Below, in pieces: positions 25,493 to 38,557 of a stretch of 64,000 bases of DNA. This DNA comes from Octopus vulgaris. Its lineage: Eukaryota. The notes beneath the pieces are model-generated. The model ran no database searches, was not told where the DNA came from, and worked only from the letters and a program-made list of their open reading frames with translations. The first letter of the stretch is position 1. Every line of letters starts with the position of its first letter. The DNA lies in contig OX597840.1 in the NCBI GenBank assembly GCA_951406725.2, forward strand, positions 35,650,001-35,714,000. Direction: 5' to 3'. The position numbers and the translations under genes were made by a program.

Positions 25493-26979
25493 ATATATAT
25501 ATATATATAGTTGGTAGTTACTCAGAGTTCCCGCTTGGCAACGAGTTGGCAGCGAAAACAAAACTAGGTAGTGATGAAAAAAACAAGCTTCTTCATCAAA
25601 TATTTCGTATAGAAACGCAAATGTCTGTATGTGTGAGCTAATTTATGCATTGTTAATAATAATATTAGTTGTATTAATTTAAAATGTAATTAATTACGAT
25701 TTATTACTACAGTCGGAATAAATTGACATGGAGCATCAAAGCTTTTGTTATGCTTATTTCTTGTTCTCTGAAAACTTCAGGCATTTATCTGGGTTTAAGG
25801 AAGGATTGTAAGAAATATATGCATGTCTGTATACATACAGACACTCCCTGTGTTTGACTTGAGGCCCTTTGACATTTTAGCAAGTGCCCCATTATCTATG
25901 TGTGTGTGTGTATAAAAATACATATACACACATATATATATATGTGTGTATGTATAGTTATATGTATGTGGCTGTATCTGTGTGTGTGTGTGGATTTCAT
26001 TGTCAGTTGATTTGGAATCCAGTTTATTTTTTTCAAATGATTAATGAATGGAAATTTATATTCATTTATAGTTTTAAAGTATTTAATCTCTTCTACTGAG
26101 TGAATAATTCAGAGCTGGTTGACCTGTCTTCTTCTCTCTGCCAACTACAATTTCAAAAACCTTTCTCTTTATTCCTCTCATCACCTCCATCATAAAACCA
26201 GCACATCTGTCTGGGTTCTTGAATTCATTTTCCTTCACTCAACTTCTCATCATGTTCTCATTCTACATCATGTATGTAATGGATAATAAATGAATATATT
26301 CTTCCTCCACTGACAGTTAACAATTGTTGTTTTAAACCATGCGAAACCCTAAAAGAAAAAAATAAATATTTCAAGAGAGATGGGAGACATCAGATTTCAA
26401 TAATTTCCATGTTTGAAATCTAAATATTTAATGTCTTACATAAATTTTATCCGGTTATATACGAATTAATTGAATCTTACAATAATGAATGATAAATGGG
26501 GGGGGGGATGTCGAGAGAAATGATAAATTGACATAGAATTGTGTAAAAGATGTTAGCTTTATCCTTTTTTTTTGTACCCTTATTCTTCCTCCATTATTTG
26601 TAAGATAATTTAAAATATCTTTTAAATATTTGATGACAGTCTTGAAATAAATGTCATATAGAAAGAACTTTATTAATTTAATATTTGGAAAATAATTCTT
26701 TCTCTTATCTAACAGCATTTGAAATTTTTTCCAATCATCAGAATTATAAATACAAGTGCTTGAGTAATAAAAGCTTTCACAAATAGTCTGATGTCATCCC
26801 CCCCCCCATTTTTTTTTTCTTTTTAAATTACTATGATTATATATGTATATAATTGTTTCAGGATGAAGTCATGACTGGATTATATTAATTAATCTTTAAT
26901 ATATTTATCTATTTCCAGTTCTCTTTGAATATTGTTTTCATACTGACTGTCCTCGATATAGAAATCTAGTTGCTAGCTA

Positions 26980-28450
26980 GTTCGCCATCATCTTAACAGC
27001 TTTCTTCTACCAACATGGCCGTTCACAGCAGCATCCCAGCCAAACTCAACCGGCCGGTCTCTAGTTGTCTCTGCCGCTCTTTCTCAGCCATTTACTTGCT
27101 ATAGCTGCTTGCTGCCCCGTTTACCCTAGTCTCTTTCTTTCACCACATAATAATATATTTATTTCTCCGTCTATTAGACTGTCTGTTAACCGTTAGTAAA
27201 GTGTTCATTTTATGAATAAACGTCTCTAGTTTTGTTTAAATTAACAAAGAAAAAGTTTAAAGCTTTAGTGAATAAATTATGATTTAATTCTTTGAACATG
27301 TAATTGTAAACTTTTTATATTCAATCTCTTCAAAGCCCCCAAAGACTTGTCAGTTAGTTTTAATTGATAAGATACGACTGAAATCAGTCATATCTTAAAA
27401 ATTTAAGATATGACTGATTTTTGAAAACCCGACATGGTGGATTTTCCGAATTGCTTTAAAATTGACTGAGAACATATTTTTAACTCTTTGCATGTAGATT
27501 TTTATCAGGGGAGGAAAAAAATAAAATACCGGAAAGTGGGGCAGATGGAATAACTGCAACGAAGTCGTATTATTTCTGTTTATCCCCTTCCATTTTTATT
27601 TTACAGCTAGCTACCCCCTTCCTCCCTTCATGTGGGTTTTCTTATTCTCTTCCATGTTATTTAAGGGTTTAATGGGAAACTGAACTAGAATTACTGTTGA
27701 ACATTTAAAACAGAAAAAACCCCAAGAAACGTTATTCTGACAGTTTAATAAAATGACTAATGCTGTTCAACACGACCTATTAAACATTGCCGAATATTTA
27801 TTCATTATATTCGTCGGTCTCTTTTCCTCCAAATAAATACAATAGAGAAACTGTTAAGTCTAGCTAAGCAGCGCCATAATGGGCGTCATATTTTCCACTT
27901 TGGAGTAATAAACTCACCAAGCCAGCCTGAAAGTGCTTTAAGCTGCAGATGCTTGTTTCTCTATTTTTCCTTGTCTTTTTAGTTTGTTACTTTACATTAA
28001 AACTTAAAATTGTCTTCAGAGATAACAAATTTACAATTAATTAGTGCTGTCTGTCTTTCTCCCTTCCTCCACCATCACTTTTACCACCAAAAAATTATAA
28101 CAGACGATGACTGATTTATTTTTTTTTTAATCTGGGTTTTGGTGTGTGCAGGTAAAAAAAATAGAGAAAAAGCTATCATTCTCCCGTCTCTCCTTTAAAA
28201 CTGTAAGGCAGTCACGCCGCCCGTCACTGATATATCATCAGTAGGGGCCATGGCCATTTTCTCTCCTTCCTCATCACCCCTCCTACCGCGCCATCTCTGA
28301 CAGACAGCAGCCATTTCTTCTTTTATATCTTTTGCAAACCGAGTTTTGAAAATAAATACCCACAGCTGCTAAAAATAAAAAGAAAAGACAGTTTTTTTTG
28401 AGAGAGAAAGCCTTACAATAAACGTTTTTAGTGGCAGACTACTGCCATGT
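26980..28450. promoter_or_regulatory. Candidate cis-regulatory block with a cluster of GCCAT (YY1/Pho-type) motifs
   Basis: GCCAT/ATGGC at 26984, 27015, 27087, 27873, 28247, 28250, 28253, 28290, 28310 and 28444 in repeat-free DNA. Confidence 0.4.
27368..27420. repeat. Direct-inverted-direct micro-repeat with a 19-bp perfect hairpin
   Basis: aaatcagtcatatcttaaa-aa-tttaagatatgactgattt (27381-27420), preceded by a third copy taagatacgactga. Confidence 0.9.
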
Positions 28451-29805
28451 CCATTCATATTCAGATGTCATATCAAATTTAATCAAGAAATAACATGGTT
28501 TTTGTTTTTTGGTTTTATTTCTTCCTACAAGAAACAAAATCTTTGGTTAAATATATAACAGCATAATATATTGATGGATATATATTTTTCCTACAAAAAA
28601 TTATCATGTAGAGGTATAGATTAAGGAAAATACTAGCAAATAGTTGGAATTCATTATATCCACTGTGTGTGTCGGCCGCAAATTGTCCATTTTCTCTTTC
28701 CAGTTACTACAAAGCAATATGGATTTCGGAAGAGAGATATTGCGTAGTTTCTTGGAAATGCTTGGAACTGCCAACTATATATTCTCATCTTCTATTCATA
28801 ATTCATATTCTTTGTATATTCTTCGAAATATTTACTGGGATATGTTTCCTGTCTTTATTTAATCTGTTAAAACAAACCATTATTGTCAATTTGAGGAATT
28901 TTTTTTTCCTTTCCATCTTTTGTCTGGATTTAAATAAAATTGGAAATATTTTGTATTTGAAAAACATTTTGCTTGTTACCCTGATCCTTTTTGAAAATAT
29001 ATTCTTTTACTATATAAGGCCCCCGGATTTTTTTCCTTTTTATTTATTTATTTATTTATTTATTCAACACAGTATAATAACTATCGATTATATTGACCCA
29101 TGTCTACCTCCACTCGGAATCGAACTCGTGAACGCATTATGTGATACAGAATTTGCGAAATAAATTATTATAGCCAGCCTCTACATAAAACCTACATCGG
29201 TTAGTCTTTGTGCTTTGTTATTAAGATATATAAGCTTTTACAGAGTCTGTGACACTGATGCAGGTTCGAACCTTGTTCCCGCAGTTTTATAGCAGCCTTC
29301 TTGCAAGAGTCGCTCGACCTGCTAGAAATAGCTACCATGTTAGAAAAGGGCCAAAATGAATGTGGTCCTGGGCGCATTGTTTAAAGTAAAAAAAGATGGG
29401 ATGGTCAGAATTGGCACGTCTTTAATTACGTGCCCCTACATAAAAAGTATGACATGTAAGGTGCAGGTATGGTTGTGGTTTGCTTTGTAGCTGCATAGAC
29501 TCGGGTTCGATCCCGCTGCGTAGCACCATGGGCAAGTGCTTGTTCTACTCTATCCCCGAACCGCCCAGTGCCTTTTGAGTGAATTTGATAGACGGAAACT
29601 ATGGAGAAGCCCGCCGTGTATAATGTCTTTGTGTTTGTCCCTCCCCTACTACTTGGCAACCAGTGTTGGTTTGTTTACGTCCCCGTAACTTAGAGATTTG
29701 GCAAAACATGATATAATTAGTACCAGACTGTCGGTTCTTAGGATTAGAAATCCTTCAGTGCTGCTACAGTATGGCCGTAATCAAATGAACTGAAACACGT
29801 GAAAT

Positions 29806-30132
29806 AGGCGTGGCTGTGTGGTAAGCAGCTTGCTTCCCAACCAGATTGTTCTGGGTTCACTCCCACACATCTTGGGCGAGTGTCTTCTATAGCCTCGGGC
29901 CGACCAAAACCTTGTTAGTGGATATGGTTGACGGAAACTGAAAGAAGCCCGTCGTGTCTGTGCCTGTGTTGGTATGTTTACGTCCCCCGTAACTTAGCGG
30001 TTCGGCGAAAGACACCGATAAAATAAGTACGAGGTTTAAAAAAAAAAGTTCTGGGATCATGTCATTCGATCAAGAATTCTTCAAGGCGGTGCCCCAGCAT
30101 GGCCGCAGTTTAATAACTGAAACAAGTAAAAG
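29806..30132 (+). mobile_element. SINE family A (other diverged + copies at ~29460-29800, 31140-31446, 35615-35910, 39418-39760)
   Basis: Head, CORE-like box and tail align to 14871-15270. Confidence 0.8.
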
Positions 30133-31786
30133 ATATTGTCCTGTATTTGTCTGCGACTGTTGTAACCAGACTTTGGCCGAACTCGACTCGTCTGTTGGGC
30201 AGGAAGAACTCCTTTTCCGGAATTGCGACGTTTCGAAATGAAGGGTTGGAACGTCAAAATGGTGGACCAGGACTGTCCGTTCGACTGGAAGAATCCTACC
30301 TTCGAAATTGTACGGCATCTCTTAGCAACAGCATCGGTTAAATTTTCTCATCCACGCCCTCCTCCCGGCCATTTTTTTCCTCTGCTGTAGTTCTGTAGTT
30401 TTTATGCTTCGTAGAAGTAAAATCGGTCTTTGTCTACCTACAACTGGGAGTTGTCAAGTACCTTTAATGACAGCTTCCAACTTTGGGGCAAGACTATAAC
30501 GAAAATGGTGTTGCCAGTTAAACTCCCATGGGTGGTAAAGAATACGCAGGCCACCCGCTTTCGGTTTAAGAAAAACCCTAACCCCCAAAACCGCGTGTGC
30601 GTATTCTTTACCTTAGCTTAAACTCCCTGGGGAACCTAGTACTCATGTCAGTCATGGGGGACCTAGTACTCATGTCAGTCACGGGCAACCTGCAGCTCGC
30701 GTGAGTTCCTGAATGGCAAGCTTAACTAAAAAAAATTGCCTTAGAATTGTGGCCCGCCTGATGATAGGGGCATTCCTTCGGTACTGGTACATGACGTCAT
30801 TCACCCACGCAACATTCCTTCATGACATAGAGATACTCGGCTGCAAAAGAGTGAATGACATCGCTGTCTCATACCGACACTCTGTAGACCAGTAGCGAAA
30901 GATCGCCGAGATCTGTCTCTTTGCGGCCCGCTTGCAGTCGCTCGACTTGGCTAGAAACTACCAAATTTGTCCCAATTTATAAAAAAAGGAACACATTGGA
31001 CAATGATTCCTAGATATATATGTCCAGAAAAGGGAAAAGACGAAGTGGTCGTTGGCTAGAGTCTTCGATCAGAAGATTATATCAGGGCTGACCTAGGACT
31101 GAACCTTACTCGTCAGTTTTATCGAAACGATAGGTCGGGTGTGAAAATAGTGGCTGTGTGGTAAGAAGTTTGGGTCCCAACCACATGGTTCTCGGTTCAG
31201 TCCCACTTCGTGGCGACTTGGACTGTCTTCATATTTCCTCGGGTTGACTAAAATCTTGTGAGTAGATTTGGTAGACGGAAACGGAAAGAAGCCCGTCGTG
31301 TGTAATATATGCGTGTTTACGTCCCTGTAACTTAGCTGTTCGGCACAAGAAACTGATAGAATAAGTACCTGGCTAAAAAATAAATGAATATTCGAATTCC
31401 TCAATGTGGTGGCCCAGCATGGCTGCAGTTTAATGACTGAAACAAGGTTTGAACTCATAAACTTGTGGGACAACCGAAAATTAGTCAAGTGTGGGATGTG
31501 TTTAACTAAAATCTCATTGCAGTTAAATATTGTTTTTGGAAATGACAATAAGAACTGGAATTTTTTTTTAGCGCAAGCGAATGCCAAGACCCAGTGTTCG
31601 GCCACGGGTTTATTGACAGCCGCAATTATTTCTTCTAGAAGCACGACTGCAAGTTTCTGTGGGTGTGGCACTTTACATGACTGACCGACTCGAGTTTGTT
31701 GTATGGCGAGGGATGCGTTACCCAACTTTATTAATCTTTGGAATTGTTCCATATTTTTAAATCATTTTAAAGTTAATACAAATAAA

Positions 31787-32120
31787 AGCGGTGAGCTGGC
31801 AGAAACGTTAACACGCCGGACAAAATGCTTAGCGGCATTTCGTCCGTCTTTGTTCCGAGTTCCCCCGAAATTTCTGGCCTTCTGCCAAAATTTAAGCCAA
31901 TATTCTTAGCTGGCAGAATTGTTAGCACGCCGGGCAAAAATGTTTTGTAGCATTTTGTCCGTCTTTATGTCGCGAGTTCAAATTCCGCCAATGTCGACTT
32001 TGCCTTACATCCTTTCAGGGTCGATAAAATAAGTACCAGTTAAGCACTGGGGTCGATGTAATCGAATTAAACCCCTTTCTCCAAAATTGCCGGCCTTGTC
32101 CCAAAATTTAAACCAATAAA
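31787..32120 (+). mobile_element. SINE family B-related copies (two heads, variant tail)
   Basis: gcggtgagctggcagaaacgtta...gagttcaaattccgcc...gtcgactttgcc...gggtcgataaaataagtaccag. Confidence 0.75.
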
Positions 32121-32588
32121 GTATCAGTTGTGTACTGGGGGGTCGATGTAATCAATCTACTTCTTCCTTCTTCCTGAAATTGCTGACCTCGTGCCAGAAT
32201 TAAAAGCAGCTCCAACTTTCCAGGCATTGATGGTCCAGAACCTCTCCTAATTCCTACGATTACAAGCAGGAACTTGAAATTCCCGCGGCCACCAGATAAA
32301 TCCAGTGCAATATTAAACCTGTATCCTAAATTTACAAATACCTGAATTTCATAATTTAGTATTTAAATTAGTGAACCGTTGCTGGTTCGGAAAAATCAGT
32401 AATCCGGAATGGCTTTGGAATCACAGGTTCCGAAGGATCGATGTACCTGTGATCTTTCCGTTCGCCACAAGAATATTTTAGCCTTGGGAGTTTCTTTTAC
32501 ATTTTGAACTCATGACAAAGAGGTTAGGACCCTTGTACACGCATGGGTAATTTGTTTAGGGATCAAATGTGTTTGCTATAGAGCCTGT

Positions 32589-32905
32589 GAAGGCGCGTGG
32601 CTTAGTGGTTAGGGCATTCGGCTCCCGATTGTAAGGTCGTGAGTTCGATTCCCGGCAACGCGTTGTGTCCTTGAGCAAGACACTTTATTCCACGTTTGTT
32701 CCAGTCCACTCAGCTGGCAAAAATGAGTTGTACCTGTATTTCAAATGGCCAGCCTTGTCACACTGTGTCACACTGAATCTCCCCGAGAACTACGTTAAGG
32801 GTGCACGTGTCTGTGGAGTACTCAGCCACTTACACGTTAATTTCACGAGCAGGCTGTTCCGTTGATTGTATCAGCTGGGACACTCGTTGTAACCGACGGA
32901 GTGCT
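32589..32905 (+). mobile_element. tRNA-derived CORE-type SINE, full length
   Basis: A box tggcttagtgg and B box gagttcgattcc, followed by gtgtccttgagcaagacacttta...ccactcagctggcaaaaatgagt, which resembles the CORE domain. Confidence 0.8.
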
Positions 32906-33929
32906 CCTATATGGCCTGTACAGGTGGCACGGGATACCACAGGTCAGTGATCGCAGAGCGACGATGAAATGAAGTGTATTGCTCAAGAACATAACCCACC
33001 GTTTGGTCTGAGAATCGAAGCCATGATCTTAGGATTGGTCAAGCCATGACACTTCATTTGAAGAAGCCTGGTCGGATACCGGTACCAGCCGATTAATTCG
33101 CCACAGTATTTGGTACTTAGCGACGAGGAGGGGAAAGCATAGGGTAATAATATCTCCAGGAAGGGGTTTAGTCGGTTAAGATCGACTCCTAACGGTCTGA
33201 GTTCAAATTCCGACGGGCTCACCTTTACTTTTTATCCTTTCGGGGGCCACCTCGTTGTACATGAGTGGAACTGTATTTTATCGACATTGGCAGAATTTGA
33301 CCATAATTGCTATTATTATTACTAATACTACTGATTAATATCGAGTCTTGGATTGCTTCTGGTTTTAAACCATTATTAAGCGATTGAGCAATTCTAGGAA
33401 ACCGACAGGACGAACCACTTAACGGTCGCCCGACTTGCTAGAAATCGCAGCAAAATCTTACCTTCAAATCACACTCTAGTTTTCTTTGAATGTTTAAAAA
33501 AATATTTTTTGGAGTTACATTAAATGTAATTAGTTTACTGGTTGACAAGAGATGGTCGTGGTTGGAACACATTTCCTCATAGGCTATGTGTGTAATAAAT
33601 ATGTATGTAATTTATCCAATCTCATCGTTTGACAACCGGTGTTACTTTATTTACATCCCCATAATGTAGCGGTTCGGCAAACTTAGCCGATAAAGCACTG
33701 GGGTCGATTTGTTCTGCCAGACCCTTCATAGCGGTGCTCCAGCTTGGTCGAATGCATTTTGTCCGTTGCTATTTGGATTTCACTACTAACCATGGAAGTT
33801 AAATTCTCATCGTTTACTTGGCTTCGGTCATGTTGACTGCGGCCATGCTGGGGCATCGCATGGAACGGCTTTTGCTATACGATTCGACATCAGTACTTGG
33901 TCTTTTTACGGGGACGTAAACAAACCAAC

Positions 33930-34251
33930 GTGGAGGCGCAATGGCCCAGTGGTTAGGGCAGCGGACTCGCGGTCGGAGGATCGCGGTTTCGATTCCCAGA
34001 CCGGGCGTTGTGTGTGTTTATTGAGTGAAAACACCTAAAGAGCTCCACGAAGCTCCGGCAGTGGGGTGGTGACAACCCCTATTGTACTCTTTTGCCCTAA
34101 CTTTCTCTCACTCTCTCTTCCTGTTTCTTAAGTAACGCTGCGATGGGCTGGCGTCCGTCCAGCTGGGGTGGGGGTCACATACGCCACGGAAACCGGGAAA
34201 CCGGGTCTATGAGCCTGGCTAGGCTTGAAAAGAGGCGCATAAAAAAAGCAA
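33930..34251 (+). mobile_element. OR-like SINE, tail type 2, with 12-bp TSD, nested in a family A copy
   Basis: Head matches the reverse complement of 3848-4156. The tail is different (gcgatgggctggcgtccgtccagctgggg...gaaaccggg). TSD aaacaaaccaac at 33918-33929 and 34252-34263. Confidence 0.85.
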
Positions 34252-34677
34252 AAACAAACCAACACCGGTTGTGAATTGGTGGGTCACACCACCACACACT
34301 CTTAGCATTGGTCGGCCCGGGTCTATAAAAAATTCCCAACGTGCCCGCGCAGTGTAGTATTGAACTCTGAACCATGTGTTTCAGGAGCAAACTTCTAACC
34401 ACCGCATGTTTGTGGCTGCTTATAAGACAAGACATACCTGACACGTGTGACTTATATCGAAAATCGTAAAATTTCCTAATCTTGGCCAGAAAAAAATGAT
34501 TCCACCTAACTTTTTAATGTGTTTTTCGGTCAGCTTAACACTAAACAGCTTCACTGAATTTATTTTTACGATGCCAGACTGCTACAGTTGAAGGAATGGA
34601 GTTGGTGGAGATGGCGAACCGTCGCTGATTTCGGGTTAGACACGTGCGACTTGCAAAACTTAGGTCTTCTCAAGACA

Positions 34678-35215
34678 CTGTCTGTCTTTACGTTCTGTGT
34701 TCAAATTCCGCCGAGGTCGACTTTTACCTTAGATCCTTTTGGGGTCGATTAAATAAGTACCAGTTACGTACTGGGGGGTCGATGTAATCGACTTAATCCA
34801 TTTGTCTGTCCTTGTTTGTCCCCTCTATGTTTAGCCCCTTGTGGGTAGTAAAGAAATAGGTATTTCGTCTGTCGTTACGTTGTGAGTTCAAATTCCGCCG
34901 AGGTCAACTTTCGTCCTTTCGGGGTTGATTAAATAAGTACCAGTTATTCACTGGGGTCGATATTATCGGATTTAATCCCTTTGTCCTTGTTTGTCCCCTC
35001 TGTGTTTAGCCCCTTGTGGGTAGTAAAGAAATAGGGATTTCGTCTACCGTTACGTTTTGAGTTCAAATTCCGGCGAGGTCGACTTTGCCTTTCATCCTTT
35101 CATAATCAATAAATTAAATACCAGTTACGCACCGGGGTCGATGTAATCGACTTAATCCCTTTCTCTGTCCTTGTTTGTCCCCTCTGTGCTTAGCCCCTTG
35201 TGGGCAATAAACAAA
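34678..35215 (+). mobile_element. SINE family B trimer (headless)
   Basis: Three tandem ~180-bp bodies joined at aaagaaatagg|(t/g)atttcgtct; the last unit ends gggcaataaa. Confidence 0.9.
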
Positions 35216-35661
35216 CAAATATTTTCTACTCTTTCTCTTCGTTATTTTCTCTCTCGTTCCTTCTACCGAACTCGCGTTAGTTCTTTTATCTCTTAACTGG
35301 TTTCAGTCATTGGTCCAGAGCCATGCTGGAGCACTGCCTTGACGGCGTTTACGGTCACTTCTGTCGCACCGTTTACGTTATAAGGGCGTAAACCAACCGG
35401 CATCGGTTGTCAACCAGCGGGTCGGAGGACGCGCGTCGCGCGCATTTGCATACGTCGTTTTTCTTCCGTTATAACAATTCCCGCTCTTTTTAAAGGAATA
35501 AATATAACGTATATTTTCATGTGTTGTAGTAGTAGTAGTAGTGGTTGTTCACAAAATTTACTAATTAGAAAGTTTCACTTAATTTTCTATTACTAAACCT
35601 TGATAACGTACTTCCACATGGTTCCGGGTTCAGTCCCACTGCGTGGCACCGTGGATAAGTG

Positions 35662-35701
<40 letters not shown>

Positions 35702-37299
35702 ATGTTTGTGTTTCTGTGTTTGTCCCCCCACCACCACCATCGCTTGACAACCGATGTTGGTGTGTTTACGTCCCCGAAACTTAGCGGTTCGGCAAAAGTA
35801 ACTGGTCGAATAAGTAACTAGGCTTACAAAGAATAAATCGATTTGTTCGACTGAAGGCGGTGCTCCAGCATGGCCGTAGTCAAATGGCTGAATCAAACGA
35901 AAGAATGGAATTCATTCGTGAAAATCGTTCAGCCTACGGTCAGCGTGACTCAGGCAACTCGTGATCTCACTGACGCTCCAGTTGTGACCATTCCTATATT
36001 TTAAGAATCTCCAACGTCTATCCTTCATTCCCCCACCCCCCCTTTGTCTTTTTAAAGGCGGATATGATTCAGGGAAAATTTTGGCTGCTATTTCTAGCGG
36101 GTTGAGTAATGGACGATAACAGATAATGGCAAGCTCCAGATAATCCAAGACTTCAATGTAGTTTCAAACCCATGTGGAAGCAGTCGTATTTCATGCCACC
36201 GATGGTCTTGGGAAAGGCATGAATGCCTCAACGTCGTCTTTTTATAACGTCTGTACTTATGGAACTTTAGAAGGGAGGGAGGACTCGTAGATTCATTGGA
36301 CAGTCAAGCGAAATGTCTTTTTTGTGGCCCTAACTGTTCAGGGTTCGAATTCTGTCGTGCTCATCTTCATTTTAGCCATCAAGAGTCCATAAGTCACGTC
36401 GATGTAATTAACTACCTGCATTTCACTATTAATTGGTGGCTTTGTGCCTATGTTAGAGAATTTATCAAGATCTCTTTCTACTTCATTGGACTGCACATGT
36501 GGAAGAAAATTAGTTGAACAAATTGACCCCAGTAACAGTTTTTTTTTTACAGGGATGTACAAACCCCGATACAATCTATACACGATGGACTTCTTTCAGT
36601 TTAAATTTACCAAATCCACTCTCCTGGTTTTGGTTGGCCCTGGGTTATGAAGTGGAACTGAACTCAGATCTATAGGGTTGGTCCTTGCAGCCATAACTAA
36701 GAACTTTTTTTTAAATGATTTTTAAATTTCTTCAAGGGTCAACTTTACCTATCATTTTATCAAGGGGGTTGGCATGGGAGGGAAGTAAATAAGTGCCAAA
36801 CACTCTGGATTTTCAGTTGCTCCCCCTCCCAACTAAAATAACTCGCCGTCCTCACACAGTTCACCTAGGAATACATTTAGCATGGGCTTTACATAGACAA
36901 TAGGGCAAGTTGAAGATTTGGCTGCTGTTTCTAGCAGGCCAACTGACCTCATAGAGGCTGGCTCCCTTGTTGGCATGTGTGAGATAAAATGACTCGGAAG
37001 ATAAACTAGTGAATGATCTGTTCATCAGTTGCTGGTTCAATCTTGTTGCAAGGTCCTTTTTTTTTTTTTTTTTTTTATTATTACCAAATTCCTCGGTCAG
37101 AACATTTAGTATCAACTCCATTATTGTACTTCATCTGGCTGTTGTATTTGGGAACAGGGGACCGATCTGGGCACATTAAACTTGAATCTTATCTGAGAGG
37201 AAGGCATTAGCTGCTCCTTGGAAATTGAACACTGGTTTCTTAGAATTCAGTAGGATAGCCACCATGTGGTAGTTAGATGTGCTAGAAATAGCAACCACG

Positions 37300-37560
37300 T
37301 TGTTGCCAGTGCCGCTGGACTGGCTCCCATGCAGGTAGCACATAAACACCTTTTGAGTATGGTCGTTGCCAGAACCACCTGACTGGCCCTCGTGCCTGTG
37401 GCATGTAAAAGCACCCACTACACTCTCGGGTTGGTTGGCGTTAGGAAGGGCATCTAGCTGTAGAAACTCTGCCAGATCTGATTGGAGCCTGGTGCAGGCT
37501 CTGGTTCACCTGTCCTCAAACCGTCCAACCCATGGAAAGCAGATGTTAAACGATGATGAT
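37300..37560 (+). mobile_element. RTE 3' UTR stub (others at ~43318-43555+, 49410-49590+, 55930-56300+, 61437-61880-, 63830-64000-)
   Basis: ggttggcgttaggaagggcatc...ccgtccaacccatg...gttaaacgatgatgat. Confidence 0.8.
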
Positions 37561-38557
37561 GTCCCTTAAATCATAAAAAAAAAAATGAAGTTACCTTTTG
37601 TGAGTTATGCCATTTAAATCCTTTAAAATGTTTTAGCCCGAAGGCCGCGGCCATGCTGGGGCACCACCATTTCATAAGTTTCATGGCGTATAGATTCTTC
37701 ACCTGGATGGGACACCTGTCTGTTGCTAGGTTACTAATTTTTATCACCTGAGTGGACTAGAGTAACATGAAATGAAATGTTTTGCTCAGGAACACAACAC
37801 GTTGCCTGGTCCAAGAATTGAAACCGCAATCTTTAAGATCATGACCACTAAGTCACATGTCTCCCTTAAATTATGCTCTACTATCCTAAAAAAATAACCC
37901 CTTCACAAAAAAAAAATTTATACAAAATGGTCATATGCTTTTGATGATAGGGTCTGCTTGATCAAGGCTGACTTAAAGTGGGTTCCTTCGAGTCAGTTTG
38001 GAAGGGGAGGGTCAATTACAGGATCACTTGTCTTTTTACTTGCTTCAGTCATTGGACTGCGGCCATGCTGGAGTACTGCCTTGAAGAAAATTTTAACCGA
38101 ATAAATCAACCCCAGTATTTTTTAAAAATAAGTTTTGTAGTTATTGATCGATTTTGCTGAACTGCTAAGTTGTAGGGGCGTAAATACACCAACACTGGTT
38201 GTGAAGCAGTGGTGGGGACACACAGACAAAAGCGCGCACACACACATATTTATATATACAGTGGTCTTTATTTCTGTCTGTAGAAGATACTTGCCTGAAG
38301 TGCCATGCAGTGGGATTGAACCCAGAACTACGTGGTTGAGAAGTCAGTTTCTTACCATTGCCAATTTAGAATTCACTTGCCATTGTTTAGTTACACCTCT
38401 GCAGTTTCCTCACCATTTCAACGTCCACTTTCCAATGCTTGCATGGGTCACATGGAATTTCTTGAGGTAGACACCGTTCCTATCACTAGCCCTTACCTAT
38501 TTCCAAGCAAGCTAATATTTCCCCACAACCAGACATGATTTCATAGAATATTGGAAA

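Noticed and set aside
28644-29163. 72-aa and 164-aa ORFs in the repeat-free block
   Set aside because: F/I/L-rich translations of AT-rich DNA with non-ATG starts and no motifs.
30225-30312. gacgtttcg (reverse complement cgaaacgtc), a possible hammerhead 3' half
   Set aside because: No CUGANGA-type core or closing stems were found at a suitable distance.
31093-31752. 219-aa minus-strand ORF
   Set aside because: Half of it is an antisense family A SINE, and it has no recognisable domain or coding-like composition.
32589-32660. tRNA gene-like sequence (also at 33930, 45675 and family A heads)
   Set aside because: A and B boxes are present, but there is no closed acceptor stem and they run into SINE bodies, so these are SINE heads rather than tRNA genes.
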